The notes beneath the pieces were generated by a model. That model was not told the DNA's origin. It worked only from the letters and a program-made list of their open reading frames with translations, and ran no database searches. A stretch of DNA of 64,000 nucleotides from Acholeplasmataceae bacterium (GTDB lineage Bacteria > Bacillota_I > Bacilli_A > Acholeplasmatales > Acholeplasmataceae): the NCBI GenBank assembly GCA_963667565.1, contig OY763415.1:1344001-1408000 (forward strand), read 5' to 3'. Both the position numbers and the translations under genes were made by a program. This document shows positions 9,950 through 20,438 of the stretch, piece after piece (positions within the stretch are counted from its first letter, which is position 1; every line of letters begins with the position of its first letter).

Positions 9950-12281
9950 AAACATTCATATGACCTTTGCGATATTTACCAATCTCTAATTGATAACTTT
10001 CTTTATTGATGGCTTTTTGATATGCTTTAATGATGTGTTTAGTTTGTTCTATATTCTCTAAGGTGAAATCAAGTCTAAATGTGCGAATTTTCGCTTTTCT
10101 AAGCGCTGGTATTTCTTCAATCAATCGATATGGGAGTGGATCCATAATTCTCATGTTGCAATGGCCATCATTGATTAAAGCAAATTTGCCTTGATAGTCA
10201 TGTTTTAAGTAATATTGATCTTTAAAACATAAATTGCAATTAGGTTTATATCCAAACGATTTAGCAACTGGACAATATTTAGAAATCATCATATCTTTAT
10301 GTCCATAAACAACCATCTCTAAATTCGGGTAAACACCAAATGCTTTTTGATAACGTTTAGCAAAATCGAGCACATGTGACTTGTCAAGCTCTGCAGATAA
10401 TGTAAGGCGTTTTACATGATGATGAGAAAGTAGGGCTGCTGTATAAATATTCGTCACATTGATAAATTCATCTGTAATAAGATCATATTTATTCTGATTC
10501 ACAAAAAGTGCTCCAGTTTCACTAATCACTGTTGTTTGATTTATTGGATAAGGCTCTTCTTCAACAATTCTTTTTCTTGCTGGAATCAATAATACATTAG
10601 ACTTTACATGTTTTACACTTAAAATATCATCATAATATATTTCTTTAATACCTAGATCAATTGCTGCTTGCAGTTGATCTTTTGTATGTACTTTAACTAC
10701 AAGTTTTTCTTCATCTTGAAATACTACTTTTGATGTAACTTCATCAGATATAATAATAGCATCATCTCTATAGATTCTTATGCTTTCTATTTTTTCTAGT
10801 GCTTTTCTTCTAAGTTCATTCATTAATTTAACACTAATAAATACATCTTCATCTGTAAACACTTCTAAGTGGTCCATATAAAAAGGTGTACCACCAAACT
10901 TAGAAAATTGCTGTGCAATTTGTTCTTTATCAGCTGGTTTTGACTGCGCTTTTTCTAAATAAATATCAGATTCAACCATCACTTGATGATCTAGTTCATC
11001 ACTTAAATAAAATTTAAGTGTTTGTCCTTGATATGCTTCTACATAACCGGAGAGTGGTACAACTTTATAACCTTCGTTTTGATAAGCATATAGTTCTTTT
11101 TCTAATTCTGAATCAAGTGTTTTATATAGATAAGAACCTGGTACTACCGTTTCTTTTACTTCTAGCCAAACTTCTTCACCTGCAAAAGCTTCTTTGGTAA
11201 TCGTGCCATTTTTTCTCATCATGTAAGAAACCAAATTGCCATAATCCACATCACCAACGATTCTAAATCCATCACCGTTTTCTAAGTGTTCAGTAATTTT
11301 AACAAGGGCAAGATTTTTTTGATATCTAACGACTTCTCCAATCTTTACACCCATATGATTTGGTCTAAAATCGTTGTTTAAATCCTTAGGTATTTCATTC
11401 AAAATATACCCTTTTGTATAATCTCTATTAAACACACGTTTTAACTTATCAATCGTATCTGTTAACTCAAGTGTTTCATGTTCAAAATAAGCATCAATTG
11501 ATTTTCTATAGGCTGATACTGTTTGTGCAACATATTCTTTTTTACGCATGCGTCCTTCAATTTTAAAAGAATCAATGCCCGATTCAATGAGTTGATCGAT
11601 ATATTCAATGGTCATTAGGTCTTTAGCACTTAAAAGATGTGAGGATTCATGGATGACTTCATCTTCTTTTAATAACTGATAAGGTAGTCTACAATTATAT
11701 GCACACTCACCTCTATTACCACTACGGTCATTGATTACTGAACTGATTAAACAATTTCCTGAATAAGAAACACAAAGTGCACCATGGATGAAAGCTTCAA
11801 GCTCAATATCAACTTGCTTTTTAATTTCTTTAATCGTATCTATACTTGTTTCTCTTGCAAGTATGACTCTTTTTACACCGATTGATTTTAAAAACGCCAC
11901 TTGTGAGACGTGATGTGCATTGATTTGAGTTGAAGCATGAATAGCAATATTTGGATATCTTTTTGTAAAGATACTAATCATCCCTATATCTTGAACAATA
12001 AGTGCATCAACATGGTGTTTAACAAGTTCATCGGTATAAGCTAACACTTCATCAACTTCATCATCAAATGTGAGTGTGTTAACAACAATGTATACTAAAA
12101 CACCACGCAGATGAGCGTAGTTAATAGCATCAATTAAATCTTCTTTTGTAAAATTTTCAGCAAATGCTCTAGCACCAAATCGGTGACCAGCCATAAAAAT
12201 AGCATTCGCACCTGCGTTAATCGCGTTAATAAAAGATTCTTTGGTTCCTGCAGGAGCAAGTAATTCTGGTTTTTTAATCAT
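9948..12281 (-). CDS. Peptidase U32 family protein, long form (RlhA-like rRNA hydroxylase)
   Basis: KPELLAPAG, HASTQ, HGALCVSYSGNC, NRGECAYNCR, SFKIEGR motifs; ~777 aa. Confidence 0.85.
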   Translation of the reverse strand: MIKKPELLAPAGTKESFINAINAGANAIFMAGHRFGARAFAENFTKEDLIDAINYAHLRGVLVYIVVNTLTFDDEVDEVLAYTDELVKHHVDALIVQDIGMISIFTKRYPNIAIHASTQINAHHVSQVAFLKSIGVKRVILARETSIDTIKEIKKQVDIELEAFIHGALCVSYSGNCLISSVINDRSGNRGECAYNCRLPYQLLKEDEVIHESSHLLSAKDLMTIEYIDQLIESGIDSFKIEGRMRKKEYVAQTVSAYRKSIDAYFEHETLELTDTIDKLKRVFNRDYTKGYILNEIPKDLNNDFRPNHMGVKIGEVVRYQKNLALVKITEHLENGDGFRIVGDVDYGNLVSYMMRKNGTITKEAFAGEEVWLEVKETVVPGSYLYKTLDSELEKELYAYQNEGYKVVPLSGYVEAYQGQTLKFYLSDELDHQVMVESDIYLEKAQSKPADKEQIAQQFSKFGGTPFYMDHLEVFTDEDVFISVKLMNELRRKALEKIESIRIYRDDAIIISDEVTSKVVFQDEEKLVVKVHTKDQLQAAIDLGIKEIYYDDILSVKHVKSNVLLIPARKRIVEEEPYPINQTTVISETGALFVNQNKYDLITDEFINVTNIYTAALLSHHHVKRLTLSAELDKSHVLDFAKRYQKAFGVYPNLEMVVYGHKDMMISKYCPVAKSFGYKPNCNLCFKDQYYLKHDYQGKFALINDGHCNMRIMDPLPYRLIEEIPALRKAKIRTFRLDFTLENIEQTKHIIKAYQKAINKESYQLEIGKYRKGHMNV

Positions 12282-12339
12282 AACCACCTCATATAATCAG
12301 ATGATATTATATCACTATTTATATAAGTTTATAATAGAT

Positions 12340-13098
12340 TTAAGAAAAATCTTTTTTAAACTTTTCTTTTAGAGCTAGATAGTAATTTTTAGCTTCTTCA
12401 TAATGTGCTTTTAACTCTTCAATACCATGGTTTTGCATCAATCGTGTAAGTAGTTCAAAGTCATCTTTTATATAGTCTCGATATGCATAACGATAACCAA
12501 AATCAACTTTTTCTGGTCTGTTTTTTAAATTAAGCATTACGACTAATTGAGACAAGATAAAACGATAAAAGTTTTGATAAGCCTCTAAGTATTTTCCTCT
12601 ATCTAGATTTTTCTCTGTTTCAATCATCATGAGAAAATCAATTGCTGTGGCTTGTTGATAGACTCTTTTACAGCGATTAAATGTAACTTCTTCACTATCA
12701 TCTTCTTCTGTAATATAAGATCCTTTATCAAACCAAACAACATGATGTCCATGTCTTTTATGGTCGGTTAATCGTTCTTTTTTCGTCTCTTTAATGACTG
12801 CTAAATCTATATAAAAATGTGCAGGCATTTGATTAATTAAATAAAACTCTTGAGAAAAACCATGCCATGTAGGTTCTGCCATGCGATAAGATCTTAAAAT
12901 ACCATAGTGTTCATTCAAGAAAGTTTTAAATGCGATAAATATATCTTCAACTGCATCATCTTTGCAGATGATTTCTAAATCAAGATCTGAAAAAGAATCA
13001 TTAAATCCAGTTGCTTTTGACCCACCTTCAAAGGCGGCTAATACATCTTCTCTTTCTTCTAAAAAGGTTTTTAATGTTTTATAGAGTTGTTCTTTCAT
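12340..13098 (-). CDS. Nucleotidyltransferase domain protein (Pol-beta fold)
   Basis: Start moved to MKEQ (GAGGAG RBS); GGSKATG..DSFSDLDL motif. Confidence 0.8.
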   Translation of the reverse strand: MKEQLYKTLKTFLEEREDVLAAFEGGSKATGFNDSFSDLDLEIICKDDAVEDIFIAFKTFLNEHYGILRSYRMAEPTWHGFSQEFYLINQMPAHFYIDLAVIKETKKERLTDHKRHGHHVVWFDKGSYITEEDDSEEVTFNRCKRVYQQATAIDFLMMIETEKNLDRGKYLEAYQNFYRFILSQLVVMLNLKNRPEKVDFGYRYAYRDYIKDDFELLTRLMQNHGIEELKAHYEEAKNYYLALKEKFKKDFS

Positions 13099-13099
13099 G

Positions 13100-14317
13100 T
13101 TATATCTCCTCATATGTTTTTTCATAATCATCAACATAGACGATTGAAGTACATCCATTGAATTTTGAAAATGCCTGTATTTTTTTATCAATGAGTTTTT
13201 TAACTTTTTGTTTAGGGGCTTTATGTTTATACCAAATGTTTTTGACAATCCACTGTTTTGCTTTTCTATCAATTGCCATTTCTATTTGTCCAATAAAATC
13301 ATGATCATATAAGATCGGCAGAGCATAAGATGCAAACTTTCTTAATTCAGGTTTATGATATATTTCCCATTTGTATTCAAAATCAAATATTTTCTTAATG
13401 AGTTTACGATCCCAAATTAACTGATCTAATGGTGCAATAAATTCTACTCTTTCGCTTACATAGCCTTCTTCTAATAAATCAATATCTTCACTTAATATAT
13501 ACAAACTATCTTTAATGCCTTGAACTTTTAATTCAGTTAATTCGCCTAGCAATACCATTTCTTCGATATGTTTTTTTCTTTCTGCTGTTTTTAGATTTAC
13601 ACCTAAATACGCATCTGATGGTCCTGAACCTAAAACACCTACAGCACCAATTCGTCTTTTAATCATAAATTTATGATATGTGTTTTGATCAATGATAACA
13701 TCATGCTGACTTTGATTTAAGTGTGTTAAATATGTACTTGTTAGTGCATAATATTTTTTGACACCTTCTCTGTGATGAATAATGACATCCCCTTTAAAAA
13801 ATAGATAATCAAGAATTGCTTTACCCATTGTTTTGTGTCTCCAAGTAAAAAAATGTGATGCGATATCTATTTCTAGATCATCAGCGTTTAAATAAGGCAA
13901 AGTTTCTAATTGTTTTAAAACATCAGCAATTAACCATTGATATTCCTTAAGGTTTTGTTCATACACCTCTTGATTTCTCTTTCTCATCGGTGTCATTGAT
14001 TCCCAATCAGAGGTTGCATAAATGCTCATTACTTTATCCCATTGATCAACTAATAATCGATCCTCATATAACAATGTATCTAAATAAGATTTTTCATAAT
14101 TTTTCACTCTTGAAAATAAAACAATATCTGCATTTCTACCACAGATATCAATTGGATCAAATTGAATACAACCAGCACGCTTAAACAACTCTACAATATC
14201 GCTTTTAGATTGATAGAGATAGTCCCCAATTAAACCTTGCTTAGTAAGCATTAAATGTTTGATCTGTTTTTTGGTTGCTTCAATCATGGTTTTTCTCATT
14301 TCTTTATGTTTATTCAT
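13100..14317 (-). CDS. YcaQ/AlkZ-family (HTH_42) DNA crosslink-repair glycosylase
   Basis: IQFDPI (QxD) motif, PLDQLIWDR, YKWEIY.PE.RK..YALPIL. Confidence 0.85.
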   Translation of the reverse strand: MNKHKEMRKTMIEATKKQIKHLMLTKQGLIGDYLYQSKSDIVELFKRAGCIQFDPIDICGRNADIVLFSRVKNYEKSYLDTLLYEDRLLVDQWDKVMSIYATSDWESMTPMRKRNQEVYEQNLKEYQWLIADVLKQLETLPYLNADDLEIDIASHFFTWRHKTMGKAILDYLFFKGDVIIHHREGVKKYYALTSTYLTHLNQSQHDVIIDQNTYHKFMIKRRIGAVGVLGSGPSDAYLGVNLKTAERKKHIEEMVLLGELTELKVQGIKDSLYILSEDIDLLEEGYVSERVEFIAPLDQLIWDRKLIKKIFDFEYKWEIYHKPELRKFASYALPILYDHDFIGQIEMAIDRKAKQWIVKNIWYKHKAPKQKVKKLIDKKIQAFSKFNGCTSIVYVDDYEKTYEEI

Positions 14318-14345
14318 ATTATATAATACATTGATTCAAACCTAT

Positions 14346-14374
14346 AAAAAAAGCCAATATAAATTGGCTTTTTT
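14346..14374 (-). terminator. Intrinsic terminator of the VWA gene
   Basis: AAAAGCCAAT-ATAA-ATTGGCTTTT. Confidence 0.7.
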
Positions 14375-14388
14375 CGCTATGACATCAA

Positions 14389-15933
14389 TTAGTCAGCACT
14401 ATTTTGTCCTAAACTTTCTGCGATTCTTTTAGCCATACCTACGAGTTCAACAAAGTCATGTCTATAACCATAAGTATCATCACCTAAAGATTGATTTGCC
14501 ATATCAATCACATGTTGATAACTTGATTGATATTTATAACTAGAATCTCTTAATAATAATCCAAATTCAACGACTGCACTTGCGAATCTAAAAGTTTCAC
14601 TTGGCGTATCTGTAAAACTTGTAGATAGTGTTTGATGTTCAATAAGCATTGATGTATCACTATTTGGATCTTTATATCTAATTTGTAAATTTGCATATTC
14701 ATTTAAATAATTGTCACCTGTATATCTGAGTGTTTCAGGTATATCAAATGTTTTAGTTTCAATAGTTTCACTAGAATCTGCTGGAATAATTTCATAGAAT
14801 GCAATCACTGAATGCCCAGCACCCATGTCGCCAGCATCTTTGGTGTCGTCAGAGAAGTCATCATAATTTAGCACTCTATTTTCGTAACCAATAAGTCTAT
14901 ATCCTTTTACACTTGCAGGATTAAATTCAATTTGTAATTTAACGTCTTTAGCAACTGTTACTAAAGATGCACCTAATTCATGAACAAACACTTTTTCTGC
15001 TTCTTTGACACCATCGATATAGTAATAAACACCATTTCCATGATCAGCAAGTGATTCCATTGTATTATCTTTAAGGTTTCCAGTACCAAATCCTAAAACA
15101 CTTAAGAATACACCTGAATCACGTTTTTCTGATATAAGGTCTTCTAATGCTGATACACTTGAGATACCCACATTGAAATCACCATCAGTAGCAAGTATAA
15201 TTCTGTTATTTCCGCCTTCAATATAATTTTTTTCAGCAACTTTATAAGCTAGATTAATCCCTTCGCCTCCTGCTGTTGATCCACCAGCTTGTAGATTATC
15301 AAGTGCTTCATAGATTGCGTCTTTATCAGTGACATCAGCACCTTCTAAGACAACGCCAGCAGCACCAGCATAGACAACAATTGAAATCACGTCTGATGGT
15401 CTAAGTTGATCGAGTAATAATGCAAATGCTTCTTTTAATAAAGGCAGTTTATCATATGAATTCATTGAGCCTGAGACATCAAGTAAGAACACTAAATTCA
15501 TACCTGCTGATTCTTCATAAACGATATCTTCAGTCTTTAAACCTAACATGAGTAATTGATGATTTTCATTCCAAGGTGCTGTTGATAGTTCTGATGTGAC
15601 ATGAATCACTTCATTTTCACTAGGACCTTCTAGATCATATGTAAAATAATTGATCATCTCTTCAATTCTAACTGCATCTCTATAAGGCATTGTTCCATCT
15701 TCAAGAAATCTTCTTACATTTGAATATGATGCTGTATCAACATCAGCTGAGAATGTTGACACTGGCATATCTTCAGTATTGATAAAGGTGTTTTCTATAA
15801 TTTCATCATAACCTTCAGTGTTTTGATCCTCAACATACCCATCATAAAGTGAATTATAGCCATCATATGCCCCACTACAAGATGCTAATATAAACACATT
15901 TAAAACCAATAAAACTAACCATACTTTTTTCAT
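14389..15933 (-). CDS. YfbK-like von Willebrand factor A domain lipoprotein
   Basis: Lipobox LASC; STFSADVDTASY, DVSGSM MIDAS, ATDGDFNVG, YRLIGYENR. Confidence 0.9.
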   Translation of the reverse strand: MKKVWLVLLVLNVFILASCSGAYDGYNSLYDGYVEDQNTEGYDEIIENTFINTEDMPVSTFSADVDTASYSNVRRFLEDGTMPYRDAVRIEEMINYFTYDLEGPSENEVIHVTSELSTAPWNENHQLLMLGLKTEDIVYEESAGMNLVFLLDVSGSMNSYDKLPLLKEAFALLLDQLRPSDVISIVVYAGAAGVVLEGADVTDKDAIYEALDNLQAGGSTAGGEGINLAYKVAEKNYIEGGNNRIILATDGDFNVGISSVSALEDLISEKRDSGVFLSVLGFGTGNLKDNTMESLADHGNGVYYYIDGVKEAEKVFVHELGASLVTVAKDVKLQIEFNPASVKGYRLIGYENRVLNYDDFSDDTKDAGDMGAGHSVIAFYEIIPADSSETIETKTFDIPETLRYTGDNYLNEYANLQIRYKDPNSDTSMLIEHQTLSTSFTDTPSETFRFASAVVEFGLLLRDSSYKYQSSYQHVIDMANQSLGDDTYGYRHDFVELVGMAKRIAESLGQNSAD

Positions 15934-15966
15934 CTTTTTTCCCTCGCTTTTTTTAATCTCGCCCTT

Positions 15967-16065
15967 ATTATAGATAGAAGTTGTGTCAAAGATTTGTCCT
16001 TCTTATGACAAATTTGTGACAAATGCCAGACAAACATCAAATTTCACAAAAAATTATGTTATCAT
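15967..16065. promoter_or_regulatory. Divergent promoters with five heptamer boxes at an 11-bp period (putative OmpR/PhoB-type sites)
   Basis: Boxes start at 15984, 15995, 16006, 16017, 16028 (minus-strand consensus TTTG(T/A)CA); TATAAT on minus at 15967-15972; TGtTATCAT on plus at 16057-16065. Confidence 0.6.
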
Positions 16066-16094
16066 AACATTAAGTAAACACTAGGGGTGAAACT

Positions 16095-16763
16095 ATGCGT
16101 GTTTTAATCGTTGAGGATGAAAAAGATTTAAATGATTTATTAAATGATTATATATGTGATGCCTATAAAGATGTGAAGATCGATCAAGTATATGATGGTA
16201 TTGTCGCATTAGATAGAATTTCTAATAACACTTATGATTTGGTGCTCCTTGATGTGATGTTACCTCACATGAGTGGATTTGAAATTTGTAAGAAACTAAG
16301 AGAAAAATCAGATGTTCCTGTGATGATGCTTTCTGCATTAAGTGATGAAGAAAATCAACTTAAAGGTTATAATCTTGGGATTGATGATTATGTTACAAAA
16401 CCTTATAGTCCAAAAATTGTATTAAAAAAAATCGCATCCGTATTATCTAGATACGATCATCAATCACCTGATGAAATCAGCGCTTATGGAATCATCAAAT
16501 ATAATTTTGATAAGTTTATGATTACAATCAATGATAACCCTATTGAATTAAATAAAAAAGAATGGGAATTATTTACTTTATTTATCACACACGTTGGACG
16601 CGTCTTCACGCGTGAGGAGTTATTAAATCTCGTGTGGGGATATGATTACTTTGGTTATGAAAGAACTGTCGATACACACATCAAACGTTTAAGACAAAAA
16701 TTACTTGATGCATCTGATTATGTAAAAACCGTTTATAAAACAGGATATAAATTCGAAAAATAA
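16095..16763 (+). CDS. OmpR/PhoB-family response regulator
   Basis: VLIVEDE, LLDVMLP, DDYVTKP; winged helix RTVDTHIKRLRQK. Confidence 0.95.
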   Translation: MRVLIVEDEKDLNDLLNDYICDAYKDVKIDQVYDGIVALDRISNNTYDLVLLDVMLPHMSGFEICKKLREKSDVPVMMLSALSDEENQLKGYNLGIDDYVTKPYSPKIVLKKIASVLSRYDHQSPDEISAYGIIKYNFDKFMITINDNPIELNKKEWELFTLFITHVGRVFTREELLNLVWGYDYFGYERTVDTHIKRLRQKLLDASDYVKTVYKTGYKFEK

Positions 16764-16792
16764 TATAAACAAACTATATGAGGAGGACAAAG

Positions 16793-18202
16793 ATGAGAGT
16801 CAGTATATTAGTAAAAACTTTTTTTATACTGCTTTTTTCTTTTACACTTGTGTTTTTATTAAACACCTATATCTCTTATCAAAGATTTTCACCACTCTAT
16901 ATTGAAGAAAATATCAACAATGTTAAAACTTCAATTTTAAATTCAGTGGACTCACTTGAAAGCAATGTGGATTTAAGTGATACACCACTTGAATCATTAT
17001 CGAGTGAAACTTCATTTATTAGATATACTGATAATCAAGTGGTTGAAACCATTGGACCTAATTATTTAGCAACCTCTGAAATTCTTGATTTCGTGATTGG
17101 CATTTATGATAGTGAAGATTCCATTACTGATGGTAAGCTCATCTATCATGTTGAACTTGTTGACGATATTTATCATATATCATATATCTATCAATTTGAT
17201 ATAGGCGATTACTTAATCATTTCAACTAGAGTCCAATCGCTACAAAACGTAGATTCAGTTTTAAATCAAATCAACATGACACAATCGATATTTATTGTGA
17301 TTGCTATTACGATTTTATCTGTCGTGATTTCAATTAATATTTCTCACCCAATCAAACGCATAAATGCTTATGCAAAAGATATTTCAAATCTAAATTTCAA
17401 ACATCAATTAACACTTAAACGAAGAGATGAATTTAAAGATTTAGTATCTTCATTAAATGAGATGAACTTCAAACTTCAAAAAACCTATAAAGAACTTAAT
17501 GAAGCCAATAGACAGTTAGTATCTGATATCGATTTCGAAAAGGAACAAGAAACCAAAAAGAAACAACTCATCATGACAATCAATCATGAAATCAAGACAC
17601 CACTTGCAGTCATGAAGGGCATGATTGAAGGTATGATTGATGGTGTTGGTAGATATAAAGACAAAGATAAATATTTAAATGAATTACTAAAACAAATTCA
17701 AACGATTGAAAATATCACACATGATTTAACTTATACATTAAAACTTGAGGATAAGTTGAAACTTGAAGAGATGACACATACCTCAGTGATTTCTAAACAT
17801 CTATCATCAATGGATTTATTTGCATCACAACGCATGGTTAAAATTGAAAAACAAATTGAAGAAACTGAAATCAAAATGAGTGAAGAACTTCTCATCATCT
17901 TGGTTTCTAACTTAGTTAAAAATGCTATTATCTATTCTGATGATAAACGCGTATCAGTCACTGGTGAAATCAGTAATCAATCCTATATCATCACTGTTAA
18001 AAATAAAGGTGAGATCCCAGAAGCTGAGATTGAAAAACTATTTGATTCTTATTATAGGGTAAAAGATAAGAAACAACAAACCACAGGTACAGGTCTTGGA
18101 TTATTTATTGTTAAACAAATCTCTGAACTATACCACTACTCCTATAAATTATTTAATGATAATGGTTATGTCGTAGCCAAAATCACAATCGATTTAAAAT
18201 AA
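16793..18202 (+). CDS. Sensor histidine kinase (2 TM, HAMP, HisKA, HATPase)
   Basis: HEIKTPL H-box, NLVKNAI N-box, GTGLGL G-box; start after AGGAGG. Confidence 0.95.
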   Translation: MRVSILVKTFFILLFSFTLVFLLNTYISYQRFSPLYIEENINNVKTSILNSVDSLESNVDLSDTPLESLSSETSFIRYTDNQVVETIGPNYLATSEILDFVIGIYDSEDSITDGKLIYHVELVDDIYHISYIYQFDIGDYLIISTRVQSLQNVDSVLNQINMTQSIFIVIAITILSVVISINISHPIKRINAYAKDISNLNFKHQLTLKRRDEFKDLVSSLNEMNFKLQKTYKELNEANRQLVSDIDFEKEQETKKKQLIMTINHEIKTPLAVMKGMIEGMIDGVGRYKDKDKYLNELLKQIQTIENITHDLTYTLKLEDKLKLEEMTHTSVISKHLSSMDLFASQRMVKIEKQIEETEIKMSEELLIILVSNLVKNAIIYSDDKRVSVTGEISNQSYIITVKNKGEIPEAEIEKLFDSYYRVKDKKQQTTGTGLGLFIVKQISELYHYSYKLFNDNGYVVAKITIDLK

Positions 18203-18205
18203 TTA

Positions 18206-18240
18206 TTTGTCATATGTTTGTCAAATCTATTTGATAAACT
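18206..18240 (+). promoter_or_regulatory. Tandem TTTGTCA boxes plus extended -10 upstream of the lipoprotein gene
   Basis: TTTGTCA-N4-TTTGTCA-N11-TAAACT, with TG just upstream of the -10. Confidence 0.55.
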
Positions 18241-18261
18241 AATCATGTAAGGAGGTGCAAA

Positions 18262-18963
18262 ATGAAAAAGATATATCTTATACTCTTGATGTTGGTCACA
18301 TCATTTTTAATCGCAAGCTGTAGTGCGGCCTATGATGGAACAAATATGCCTTTATCTATTTATGACCATATAAGCTTTAATTTTGATACGATGACTTATA
18401 CAAGTTATGATTCTTATGATATTGTTTATGATCTTGGAAATCCATTTGATGATTTTGTCATTTTGCATGAAAACTTATATGATAGCGATTTTGAAACATC
18501 CGAAAAAGAAGCGTATGCTTATTTAATTGATATGTTGTATTCGGTCGGAAGATTAACAAATAAAAACATGACTGACATGTTAGCTTTTAGTTCTGCAGAT
18601 ATTAAGACACTATTAGAAATTCATTATTATACAGTCACCATTGAAGACATTGTAACCTTTAACAACTTAAAAGATTTAGTTGATACAATGAAACAAACAA
18701 TGACAAGTACTGATTATTACATTCAAAAAACAACTTATATAGAAACAAGACTAAATATCACCTTATCATCAACAGATATATATAATTTGGAGTTATTACA
18801 AGAAAAATATATTGAATTAAAAGATGTTGAAAGTGATTTAGACTTTAAACGATTTTCCTTTGATGATCTTATCACGATTGGTGAGCATTACAATTACTAT
18901 TTGTCAGATGAAGTAAAAACAGACATGGAAAGTGCTTATGATATACTAATACAGCTTATATAA
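18262..18963 (+). CDS. Hypothetical lipoprotein
   Basis: AGGAGG RBS; lipobox IASC. Confidence 0.85.
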   Translation: MKKIYLILLMLVTSFLIASCSAAYDGTNMPLSIYDHISFNFDTMTYTSYDSYDIVYDLGNPFDDFVILHENLYDSDFETSEKEAYAYLIDMLYSVGRLTNKNMTDMLAFSSADIKTLLEIHYYTVTIEDIVTFNNLKDLVDTMKQTMTSTDYYIQKTTYIETRLNITLSSTDIYNLELLQEKYIELKDVESDLDFKRFSFDDLITIGEHYNYYLSDEVKTDMESAYDILIQLI

Positions 18964-18966
18964 AAT

Positions 18967-19009
18967 AAAAAACAGGAGCTATAATTTCACTCATAGTTTC
19001 TGTTTTTTT
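18967..19009. terminator. Bidirectional terminator
   Basis: AAAAAACAGGAGCTAT...ATAGTTTCTGTTTTTT between convergent genes. Confidence 0.7.
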
Positions 19010-19053
19010 ATTTTTCTATACTATTTTTAACTTCTACAGCAACTTTTAATTCT

Positions 19054-19527
19054 TTAAATGTTTTTTTCAAATACACGATCCCCATTATCTTCTAATCCAA
19101 CTTCTTTGAATCCAAGCTTCATTATTAGATTTAAAGAAGCTCTATTTTCAGGATGTGCACTAGCTTTTATGAGCGTTATGCCCTGCTCTTTTAAAAAAGG
19201 TATAACACCCAAAATGGCTTCATATGTATAACCTTTTCTTGCATGCTTAGGGTGTATCGTATATCCTAACCAACATGATTCGTTTTCTTGATAAAGAAAT
19301 AAGTCTCCATATACTTGATCACTATCAATATCTACGATTGCAAGTTGCAATCCTTTCTTAATATCTGGAATATCATGAATGATCATTTTCGCATACTCAT
19401 GTTTAGTGAATCCTTTAAAGTCTTGATAAAGCATCCAGGATTCATTGTTTCTATATTCCATAAAAGTATCTAAATCTTTCATTAAAAAAGGTCTTATGTT
19501 AAACCGTTCGGTTTTTATCGGCTTCAT
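19054..19527 (-). CDS. GNAT acetyltransferase (RimJ/RimL type)
   Basis: TERFNIRP, LGYTI...RKGY, ENRASLNL..KLGF. Confidence 0.85.
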   Translation of the reverse strand: MKPIKTERFNIRPFLMKDLDTFMEYRNNESWMLYQDFKGFTKHEYAKMIIHDIPDIKKGLQLAIVDIDSDQVYGDLFLYQENESCWLGYTIHPKHARKGYTYEAILGVIPFLKEQGITLIKASAHPENRASLNLIMKLGFKEVGLEDNGDRVFEKNI

Positions 19528-20333
19528 GAGGCATCACTAATCTTTTTGAACATACTCCAAGTTCCAATAGGTTTAAATCCTAATGATATGTAAATATGTC
19601 CTGCTTTAGGATTGTCATAAAACAGACATAAATCCTTATTTTTTCGATTTAAATAAACATCCATCAAATGGGTCATAAGAAGCCTAGCATAGCCTTTATT
19701 TCGATAATTTGGGTGAGTTGCTACTGCAACAACCATACCATTGATGGTTGTTTCAGCCGTCACAGCAACCGTAGAGACAATCATATCATCTTCTTCAATA
19801 TAATATGTATCTCCCATGTTTATTGAACTTATTTTTTCTTCAATAAATGTATTTCTATCTTTTGCACTATAAGCAAATTCGGTGATTAAAGATAGTAAAT
19901 CATATAGACGATTGATATCCTCTATGTTTGAAGTTAACTTCTTTATTTTTAAATCAGGATTAGCCCTAATTTTTAATTCATATTTATATGTTGCACAAAA
20001 GTATGTAGGTTTTTCCTCATAATTTTGTATATATGGATATACTTCTTTCATAATCTCTGTCTTGCCACTAATAAATAATAATTCATACTGCTTAAATATT
20101 TTAATAAATTCAGGATTAAAATATATTTCTTTTGAATAATAAACTGCATTGGTGCGATAGCGCAGAAAAACAGCCTTGATTTCATCTTGTTCAGTTTCAA
20201 CATAGACCTGTTGAAAGTCAGAATCAAAACCAAAGTGTTCAATATCGCCTATGATGAAAATGTTATAAGCTGCATCTTGATATAAATAATCAAGAATCCA
20301 CTTTCTATCTCGTTCTGTGCATATTCTAATCAT
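19524..20333 (-). CDS. GNAT acetyltransferase
   Basis: VATHPNYRNKGYA, DNPKAGHIY..LGF. Confidence 0.85.
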   Translation of the reverse strand: MIRICTERDRKWILDYLYQDAAYNIFIIGDIEHFGFDSDFQQVYVETEQDEIKAVFLRYRTNAVYYSKEIYFNPEFIKIFKQYELLFISGKTEIMKEVYPYIQNYEEKPTYFCATYKYELKIRANPDLKIKKLTSNIEDINRLYDLLSLITEFAYSAKDRNTFIEEKISSINMGDTYYIEEDDMIVSTVAVTAETTINGMVVAVATHPNYRNKGYARLLMTHLMDVYLNRKNKDLCLFYDNPKAGHIYISLGFKPIGTWSMFKKISDAS

Positions 20334-20438
20334 GATGACTACTTCCTTTAAAAAATTTTATCAACTATGAAAAATGATACCATTTATAACTGTCAAACAA
20401 TTAAAACGTCTATTTTCATTATATCTTATTTATACTTA

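Noticed and set aside
20334..20438. A fourth att core closing the 20.4-27.4 kb block
   Set aside because: Best candidate (TGATACCATT) matches the core too poorly and lacks the conserved arm.
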